A DNA stretch of 44,413 nt. Origin: a virus. Lineage: Duplodnaviria; Heunggongvirae; Uroviricota; Caudoviricetes. Both the position numbers and the translations under genes were made by a program. The stretch lies in IMG/VR virus record IMGVR_UViG_2657245588_000005; one strand, written 5' to 3'. A model generated the notes under the pieces. It searched no databases. It had not been told where the DNA came from and worked only from the letters and a program-made list of their open reading frames with translations. Shown here piece after piece: positions 38,301 to 44,413 of the stretch (the first letter of the stretch is position 1; every line of letters starts with the position of its first letter).

Positions 38301-38828
38301 AGTGGTAGTGTGAATGCGAACTCAGGAACGCTCAACAATGTCACGATTAACCAGAACTGTACGATTAAGGGCATGCTGGAGGCGACCCAGGTCAGAGGGG
38401 ATTTCGTTAAAGCTGTATCAAAAGCCTTCCCGAAAAAAGTCGGTACGTGGGGTAACACGGAAACACCAAACGGTACGGTTACAGTCACCATCAGCGATGA
38501 TCATAACTTTGACCGCCAGATTATTATTCCGCCCATTATCTTTAACGGAATAGCGTATAGCGATCCGGGAAGTGGTAATAACCCGGGAGGTACAAGATAC
38601 ACGGGTTATGGTTTTGAAGTTCGCAAAAACGGCGTATTAATCGCATCCAGAGAAACTAAAGGGGCCATTCCCGGTAGTTACAGTGCGGTTATTGATATGC
38701 CGAGTGGCAGGGGAAGCGTCACTCTGGAGTTTAAGATTTTCCAGAAAGGCAATCAGGGGGCAGGCAATATCACCGACTGTACGGTGATTGTGACCAAAAA
38801 GGCTGCTTCCGGCATCAGTATTCGTTGA
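35331..38828 (+). CDS. Host specificity protein J (central tail fibre / tail tip)
   Basis: 1165 aa; lambda J-like size and position, with fibronectin-like repeats in the middle. Confidence 0.9.
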   Translation: MGKGSSKGHTPREAKDNLKSSQMLSVIDAISEGPVEGPVDGLKSVLLNSTPVLDTEGNTNISGVTVVFRAGEQEQTPPEGFESSGSETVLGTEVKYDTPITRTITSANIDRLRFTFGVQALVETTSKGDRNPSEVRLLVQIQRNGGWVTEKDITIKGKTTSQYLASVVVDNLPPRPFNIRMRRMTPDSTTDQLQNKTLWSSYTEIIDVKQCYPNTALVGVQVDSEQFGSQQVSRNYHLRGRILQVPSNYNPQTRQYSGIWDGTFKPAYSNNMAWCLWDMLTHPRYGMGKRLGAADVDKWALYVIGQYCDQSVPDGFGGTEPRITCNAYLTTQRKAWDVLSDFCSAMRCMPVWNGQTLTFVQDRPSDKVWTYNRSNVVMPDDGAPFRYSFSALKDRHNAVEVNWIDPNNGWETATELVEDTQAIARYGRNVTKMDAFGCTSRGQAHRAGLWLIKTELLETQTVDFSVGAEGLRHVPGDVIEICDDDYAGIRTGGRVLAVNSQTRTLTLDREITLPSSGTTLISLVDGQGSPVSVEVQSVTDGVKVKVSRVPDGVAEYSVWGLKLSTLRQRLFRCVSIRENDDGTYAITAVQHVPEKEAIVDNGAHFDGDQSGTVNGVTPPAVQHLTAEVTADSGEYQVLARWDTPKVVKGVSFLLRLTVAADDGRERLVSTARTTETTYRFTQLALGNYRLTVRAVNAWGQQGDPASVSFRIAAPAAPSRIELTPGYFQITATPHLAVYDPTVQFEFWFSEKRIADIRQVETSARYLGTALYWIAASINIKPGHDYYFYVRSVNTVGKSAFVEAVGQPSDDASGYLDFFKGEIGKTHLAQELWTQIDNGQLAPDLTEIRTSITDVSNEITQTVNKKLEDQSAAIQQIQKVQVDTNNNLNSMWAVKLQQMQDGRLYIAGIGAGIENTPDGMQSQVLLAADRIAMINPANGNTKPMFVGQGDQIFMNEVFLKRLTAPTITSGGSPPVFSLTSDGKLTAKNADISGSVNANSGTLNNVTINQNCTIKGMLEATQVRGDFVKAVSKAFPKKVGTWGNTETPNGTVTVTISDDHNFDRQIIIPPIIFNGIAYSDPGSGNNPGGTRYTGYGFEVRKNGVLIASRETKGAIPGSYSAVIDMPSGRGSVTLEFKIFQKGNQGAGNITDCTVIVTKKAASGISIR

Positions 38829-38850
38829 AATTGTTATAACCCCAATAAAG

Positions 38851-38875
38851 GGCGTCAGGAATGACGCCTTTTTTA
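38851..38875 (+). terminator. Rho-independent terminator after J
   Basis: GGCGTCA-GGAA-TGACGCC hairpin followed by TTTTTT. Confidence 0.75.
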
Positions 38876-38898
38876 TTGCAGAAAAGCGAGAGGTAATT

Positions 38899-39498
38899 AT
38901 GCGTAAAGTTTGTGCAGCCATTTTGTCCGCAGCCATCTGTCTGGTCGTATCCGGTGCGCCTTCATGGGCGTCTGAACATCAGTCCACGCTGAGCGCGGGG
39001 TATCTTCATGCCTCGACGAACGTTCCCGGCAGCGATGATCTTAACGGGATTAACGTGAAATACCGCTATGAGTTTACGGACACGCTGGGGATGGTGACGT
39101 CATTCAGCTATGCAGAAGACAAGAATCGCCAGCTGACTCATTACAGCGATACCCGCTGGCATGAAGATTCCGTGCGTAATCGCTGGTTCAGCGTGATGGC
39201 GGGGCCGTCTGTGCGCGTGAATGAATGGTTCAGCGCGTATGCGATGGCGGGTGTGGCTTACAGCCGTGTTTCGACTTTCTCCGGGGATTATCTCCGCGTA
39301 ACTGACAACAAGGGGAAAACGCACGAAGTGCTGACCGGAAGTGATGACGGTCGCCGCAGCAACACGTCTCTGGCGTGGGGGGCTGGCGTGCAGTTTAACC
39401 CGACCGAATCCGTGGCCATTGATATTGCTTATGAAGGCTCCGGCAGTGGTGACTGGCGCACTGACGGTTTCATCATGGGTGTCGGTTATAAGTTCTGA
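38899..39498 (+). CDS. lom: Outer membrane protein Lom (Ail/Lom family; lysogenic-conversion gene)
   Basis: 199 aa with signal peptide and beta-barrel-like alternating pattern, C-terminal 'GVGYKF'; flanked by terminators like lambda lom. Confidence 0.85.
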   Translation: MRKVCAAILSAAICLVVSGAPSWASEHQSTLSAGYLHASTNVPGSDDLNGINVKYRYEFTDTLGMVTSFSYAEDKNRQLTHYSDTRWHEDSVRNRWFSVMAGPSVRVNEWFSAYAMAGVAYSRVSTFSGDYLRVTDNKGKTHEVLTGSDDGRRSNTSLAWGAGVQFNPTESVAIDIAYEGSGSGDWRTDGFIMGVGYKF

Positions 39499-39524
39499 TT
39501 AGCCAGGTAACACAGTGTTATGAC

Positions 39525-39552
39525 AGCCCGCCGGTTCAGGCGGGCTTTTTTG
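39525..39552 (+). terminator. Rho-independent terminator after lom
   Basis: GCCCGCC-GGTTCA-GGCGGGC hairpin followed by TTTTTT. Confidence 0.75.
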
Positions 39553-39556
39553 TGGG

Positions 39557-42500
39557 GTGAATATGGCAGTAAAGATTTCAGGTGTACTGAAAGACGGTGC
39601 AGGTAAACCGGTACAGAACTGCACAATCCAGCTGAAAGCAAAACGTAACAGCACCACGGTGGTGGTGAACACGGTGGCCTCAGAAAATCCGGATGAAGCC
39701 GGGCGTTACAGCATGGACGTTGAGTACGGTCAGTACAGCGTTATTCTGTTGGTGGAAGGATTCCCGCCGTCACATGCCGGGACCATCACCGTGTATGAAG
39801 ATTCCCGACCCGGTACGCTGAATGATTTTCTCGGTGCCATGACGGAGGATGATGCCCGTCCTGAGGCACTGCGCCGTTTTGAACTGATGGTGGAAGAGGT
39901 GGCGCGTAACGCGTCCGCGGTGGCGCAGAACACGGCAGCCGCGAAGAAGTCAGCCAGCGATGCCGGCACATCAGCCCGTGAGGCGGCAACCCGTGCGACT
40001 GATGCTGCAGGCTCAGCACGTGCAGCCAGCACGTCAGCCGGACAGGCCGCGTCGTCGGCTCAGTCAGCGTCTTCCAGCGCAGGAACGGCATCAACAAAGG
40101 CCACTGAAGCATCAAAAAGTGCTGCCGCCGCAGAGTCTTCAAAAAGCGCGGCAGCCACCAGTGCCGGTGCAGCGAAAACGTCGGAAATGAATGCCGCAGC
40201 ATCACAAAAATCTGCGGCCACTTCTGCATCCACCGCGACCACGAAAGCGTCAGAAGCTGCCACCTCAGCCCGGGATGCGTCGGCTTCAAAAGTGGCGGCA
40301 AAATCATCAGAAACGAGCGCTGCCTCGAGCGCCGGCAGTGCAGCTTCCTCGGCAACGGCAGCAGGAAATTCCGCGAAGGCCGCAAAAACGTCTGAGACGA
40401 ATGCGGATAACAGCGCACAGGCGGCAGCAGACTCACAAACTGCATCGGCAAACTCCGCGACAGCAGCCAAAAAATCAGAAACCAACGCGAAAAATAGTGA
40501 GGCAGCAGCAAAGGTCAGCGAAACCAACGCTAAAGCGTCAGAGAACAAGGCGAAAGAATATCTCGACAAGGTCGGGGGACTCGTCAGCCCGATGACGCAA
40601 TACGATTGGCCCGTTGTTACTGGTAATGAGTCTTTTTACATAAAGATCGCGAAACTTTCCGATCCCGGAAGCGGCAATTGCCATGTAACGCTAATGGTTA
40701 CTAATGCTGGTAACTACGGCTCCCCTTACGGAAACATTGACTTTATCGAGATCTCGGCGCGCGGTCTGCCTTCTTTGCTTAGTGCGGATAATGTTTCTCG
40801 TCATCTGAGTATACGCCGCTTAGGGTCAACCGGGCTGACCGATAACAACCAGATGCGTTACGGCCTGGTTAAAGGTGATGGCTTTATTGAGGTTTGGGCC
40901 TTCCAGCGCGCATTTATCAACGGCGCAAAGGTTGCGGTGCTGGCGCAGACGGCACGCCCGGAATTATACATTCCAGACGGATTTGTTAAGCAAACCGCCG
41001 CGCCTTCTGGATATGTTGAAGGCCCCGTTGTAAGGATTTACGACCAGGTAAACAAGCCGACTAAAGCAGATTTGGGTCTTTCTAATGCTATGCTTACAGG
41101 CGCTTTCGGTCTTGGCGGTAGCGGGATATCAACAAACGGCAAGATGAGCGATGTAGAGATCTTAAAAGCTCTGCGTGACAAAGGTGGTCATTTCTGGCGC
41201 GGTGATAAGCCGACCGGAAGCACGGCGACCATTTATAGCCACGGTTCTGGTATATTCTCGCGGTGCGGCGATACGTGGTCAGCGATCAATATCGACTACT
41301 CAACCGCGAAGATTAAGATCTATGCCGGCAACGATGCCCGGCTTAACAACGGGACTTTTAGCGTCAATGAGCTATACGGCTCGGCAAACAAGCCGTCGAA
41401 ATCGGATGTTGGACTTGGCAACGTAACGAACGATGCGCAGGTAAAAAAAACCGGCGATACAATGACCGGTGACTTGACAATCAAAAAAGGTACACCGTCA
41501 GTCTTCCTGCGGGCAGACAGTGGAGTCACCGCTTTGCGGTTTTATACTGGCGATAACACAGAGCGCGGCATAATCTATGCTGGTCCTAACACTGATTCGC
41601 TTGGCGAAGTTCGCATCAGGGCAAAGACAGCAGGGGGGACATCAGGAGGGGATCTTGTTGTTCGTCACGACGGGAGGGTTGAAGTCCGTGATCTCACAGT
41701 AGCGTATAAAATTAAAAGCAGAACGATTGAGATTGCAAATACCGACACTGACTCATCGGCAACTACGCTCAGCATCTATGGAGTACAGCACACGCCGTTG
41801 GTTTTAACGCGTTCTGGTTCTTCTGAAAATGTGTCCATTGGGTTTAAGTTAGACAACATGAACCCAAAGTATCTTGGAATTGATACTAATGGGGATCTGG
41901 CTTTTGGTGAGAGTCCTGATCAGAAACAAAACAGCAAATTGATCACGCAAGCGAAACTCGACAAGGGATTAACGATTGGTGGTCAACTGGCTTTCAAAGG
42001 TACGACAGCGTTTTCAGCCGTTGCTACGTTCAGTGCCGGGATAGCAGGAGCCATCGAGCCGGAAAACATTGACGGCCAGACGGTTAATCTTAACAACCTG
42101 ACCATCATCAAGTCAGATGCCGGGGCAGTTAAATACTATATTTGTCCATCCTCTGCAGGTGGTGCAAATATCACCAACAAGCCTGACGGCGTAACAGGTA
42201 ACTTTTTGCTCCGTGTTGAATCGACTCGTAAGGTTAGGGATTCAGATTATGCGAACATGCAAACGCTGATTAACAGCGACACAAAACGTATATACGTTCG
42301 CTTTGTTGTTAATGGAAACTGGACAGCGTGGAGTCAGGTTGTTGTTTCCGGATGGAATCAGGATGTAACCGTCAGGTCGTTAACCTCGACGACTCCATCA
42401 AAATTAGGTGGCGGGCGGATTGATGTGCTTGGAAGTACGTCAGATTATGGCAGCATGAATTGTACCGTTCGTGGTGTTGATAGCACTGGAACCAATTCGG

Positions 42501-43339
42501 CGTGGTCGGTAGGCACATCAGAAAGCACAGGCAAAAAGTTGTTCCTGAAAAACCACAGAAGCAGCGCTCAAGTGCTGTTAAATGGCGATGATGGAGCGGT
42601 TCAACTACTAAGTGGCACTGTTAACGGTGCTACAGCGCAGGCGCTAACCATCAACAAAGATGAGGTTAACTCAACTGCCGATTTAGTAATTAGAAAACAA
42701 ACAGGGACTGGCAATCGTTTTGCTTTACTTAATTCAGGTAATTCAGAACTGCCAGTTAGCATCGCGGTCTGGGGGTCAAGTGATCGACAAAACGTTTTTG
42801 AGGTTGCAACGTCTGCTGCGTATCTGTTTTATGCGCAAAGAACACCAGCAGGCCAGTTGTTTGATGTAAATGGCGCTATTAATTGCACAACGCTGAATCA
42901 GTCATCAGACCGCGACCTTAAAGACGATATTCGCGTTATCAGCGACGCGACGAAAGCAATCCGCAAAATGAACGGTTACACCTACACGCTCAAGGAAAAC
43001 GGCCTGCCTTATGCTGGCGTTATTGCACAGGAAGTAATGGAGGCGATACCAGAAGCTGTGGGATCGTTTACTCATTATGGTGAAGAGTTGCAAGGTCCGA
43101 CCGTTGACGGCAACAAGCTACGCGAAGAAACGCGCTATCTTAATGTTGACTACGCCGCCGTGACGGGTTTACTTGTTCAGGTCGCCCGTGAAACAGATGA
43201 TCGCGTTACCGCGCTGGAAGAGGAAAACACAACGCTACGTCAAAATCTGGCAACAGCAGGCACCCGGATCAGCACTCTGGAAAATCAGGTAAGCGAACTG
43301 GTTGCACTTGTCCGGCAGTTAACAGGAAGCGAACATTGA
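39557..43339 (+). CDS. Side tail fibre protein (lambda Stf-like N-terminus and Ala/Ser-rich repeats; C-terminal self-cleaving intramolecular chaperone domain, S74-like)
   Basis: 1260 aa; long Ala/Ser/Thr-rich repeat tract (protein about 110-340, DNA about 39900-40570); C-terminal 'SSDRDLKDDIRVISDATKAIRKMNGYTY...' resembles the endosialidase-type chaperone domain. Confidence 0.85.
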   Translation: MNMAVKISGVLKDGAGKPVQNCTIQLKAKRNSTTVVVNTVASENPDEAGRYSMDVEYGQYSVILLVEGFPPSHAGTITVYEDSRPGTLNDFLGAMTEDDARPEALRRFELMVEEVARNASAVAQNTAAAKKSASDAGTSAREAATRATDAAGSARAASTSAGQAASSAQSASSSAGTASTKATEASKSAAAAESSKSAAATSAGAAKTSEMNAAASQKSAATSASTATTKASEAATSARDASASKVAAKSSETSAASSAGSAASSATAAGNSAKAAKTSETNADNSAQAAADSQTASANSATAAKKSETNAKNSEAAAKVSETNAKASENKAKEYLDKVGGLVSPMTQYDWPVVTGNESFYIKIAKLSDPGSGNCHVTLMVTNAGNYGSPYGNIDFIEISARGLPSLLSADNVSRHLSIRRLGSTGLTDNNQMRYGLVKGDGFIEVWAFQRAFINGAKVAVLAQTARPELYIPDGFVKQTAAPSGYVEGPVVRIYDQVNKPTKADLGLSNAMLTGAFGLGGSGISTNGKMSDVEILKALRDKGGHFWRGDKPTGSTATIYSHGSGIFSRCGDTWSAINIDYSTAKIKIYAGNDARLNNGTFSVNELYGSANKPSKSDVGLGNVTNDAQVKKTGDTMTGDLTIKKGTPSVFLRADSGVTALRFYTGDNTERGIIYAGPNTDSLGEVRIRAKTAGGTSGGDLVVRHDGRVEVRDLTVAYKIKSRTIEIANTDTDSSATTLSIYGVQHTPLVLTRSGSSENVSIGFKLDNMNPKYLGIDTNGDLAFGESPDQKQNSKLITQAKLDKGLTIGGQLAFKGTTAFSAVATFSAGIAGAIEPENIDGQTVNLNNLTIIKSDAGAVKYYICPSSAGGANITNKPDGVTGNFLLRVESTRKVRDSDYANMQTLINSDTKRIYVRFVVNGNWTAWSQVVVSGWNQDVTVRSLTSTTPSKLGGGRIDVLGSTSDYGSMNCTVRGVDSTGTNSAWSVGTSESTGKKLFLKNHRSSAQVLLNGDDGAVQLLSGTVNGATAQALTINKDEVNSTADLVIRKQTGTGNRFALLNSGNSELPVSIAVWGSSDRQNVFEVATSAAYLFYAQRTPAGQLFDVNGAINCTTLNQSSDRDLKDDIRVISDATKAIRKMNGYTYTLKENGLPYAGVIAQEVMEAIPEAVGSFTHYGEELQGPTVDGNKLREETRYLNVDYAAVTGLLVQVARETDDRVTALEEENTTLRQNLATAGTRISTLENQVSELVALVRQLTGSEH

Positions 43340-43522
43340 TATCCTTCAAGCTCTGAAGGAGGCTGTTCCCGGTACGTTCAGACTGTTGTTGAGCTGGAAA
43401 TCGCAACGGAGGAAGAAACCTTGTTGCTGGAAGCCTGGAAGAAGTATCGGGTGTTGCTGAACCGTGTTGATACATCAGTAGCACCGGATATTGAGTGGCC
43501 TGCTGTCCCTGTTATGGAGTAA
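43340..43522 (+). pseudogene. Remnant of tail fibre assembly gene (tfa) 3' end
   Basis: In frame directly after the tail fibre stop; ends '...[31 protein letters not shown]', the conserved Tfa C-terminus; no credible start or RBS. Confidence 0.5.
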
Positions 43523-43625
43523 TCGTTTTGAGATACGCCGCATACACGTTGTATGCAATAACGTGCTGCGGCTTGGTAAATTTTAGCTAGTTTCAGCAGG
43601 AGACATAAAAAACTTCAATATAAGA

Positions 43626-44413
43626 TTAAGCATCACGTATTGCCAACCTGATTTTTGACTGATACCAATTGGGGCCTTCTGCAATTATTTCTTCCTCAAC
43701 ATGCATGATGGGATGCATTTCAATTTCAGAGTTTTTGACTTTTAGATCTAGTCCATATTTTTTTGAAATTTGTAAAACTTCATTTTTGAAATCCTTATCT
43801 GCGAAAGGTGAAATCCTTATTTCTTCCAACAGATTATTAAGAGATACAGGGACTAGTTTTCCCTTTACAGGTGGAGTGTTAAAGGTATTCTCTTGAAAAA
43901 TAGCTCTAAACTCTTTTTCGTGTTCGAAAGATGGTCTCTTGTTAAAGAATACATCTGATTCTGGATTGTATTGTTTTATCCAGAAATTTTTGACGTATTT
44001 TACGTGTTTTAATTGTAGTTTGTTTAGATTATTATTTTCAAGTTGGCTTTGGAGGTTTTTTTCTTTGATTTTATGACAACGCCTTTAGCGGGGTTTTTAC
44101 AATACAGCTTCCACATAGCTTCAGATTCATGTTCGTTACAATGCCAGCAACTTATATATGTCCTCTCGCTTATTTCCTTAGGTGTCTTTAAATTGAATGC
44201 CATGAAAGGCTCTAAGTCCATGCCGGCACCATGAGTAGCGCATAGTTTTTCCTGTGTCTCAATGAATTTTTTATAGCCAGTATGTCCCCAAGCAAATTCA
44301 CCTTCGAACGGATCTTCAAAATTTTTTGCTGAGCAAAAAAATAAAGCATTTTGTTCGAGTAACATAGAGAATTTCTCTATGTCAAGATATCGCCATATAT
44401 ACTCAGTGTGCAT
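43626..44413 (-). pseudogene. DUF2971-like protein gene split by a frameshift at a homopolymer (129-aa N-terminal ORF plus downstream open frame), in AT-rich cargo DNA
   Basis: ATG at 44411-44413; N-terminal 'YLDIEKFSMLLEQNALFFCSAKNFEDPFEGEF' and 'YISCWHCNEHESEAMWKLYC' resemble recalled DUF2971 motifs; the frame stops at 44024-44026, but a second frame is open from 44023 down to 43626; the T7 run at 44056-44062 is the likely shift point. Confidence 0.45.

Noticed and set aside
39900-40570. Repetitive DNA that could be mistaken for a CRISPR or tandem-repeat array
   Set aside because: The repeats are imperfect and in frame within the tail fibre ORF (Ala/Ser/Thr-rich protein repeats); there is no repeat-spacer architecture and no cas genes in the window.
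39730-40595. Several 76-241-aa ORFs on both strands within the tail fibre repeat region
   Set aside because: Alternative frames of the Ala/Ser-rich repetitive coding tract; the products are low-complexity Pro/Arg/Leu strings typical of off-frame reads.
43269-43484. 71-aa minus-strand ORF downstream of the tail fibre
   Set aside because: Antisense to the in-frame tfa remnant; no RBS.

Overview
This window is a near-complete lambdoid prophage of an Escherichia-type host, running from the integrase at the left edge (minus strand) to the tail fibre and a short AT-rich cargo region at the right edge. Neither attachment site is visible. Gene order is lambda-like: int-xis; a large DEDDh-type exonuclease; a Qin-like ydfC-dicF-dicB-ydfD division-inhibition module; a cI/cro/YdaT-like immunity region; an O-like replication gene with internal iterons; a nin-like region carrying a hok toxin and an IS66-family insertion; DUF968-rusA-Q; a PR'-like promoter with a CAT-anticodon tRNA; a pinholin/SAR-endolysin/Rz/Rz1 lysis cassette; bor; HNH-TerS-TerL; an HK97-type head module; a lambda-type tail module (V, G/GT, H, M, L, K, I, J); lom; and an Stf-like tail fibre. 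The things most worth a second look are two diverged copies of a ~200-bp terminator-ended structured element after Q, an AT-rich antisense-oriented moron at the stx-equivalent position, a frameshifted DUF2971-like gene in AT-rich DNA at the right edge, and an unresolved gene pair at the rex-equivalent position next to cI. All calls rest on reading the sequence and recalled family knowledge; no searches were run, and no single element can be shown from sequence alone to be a new system.
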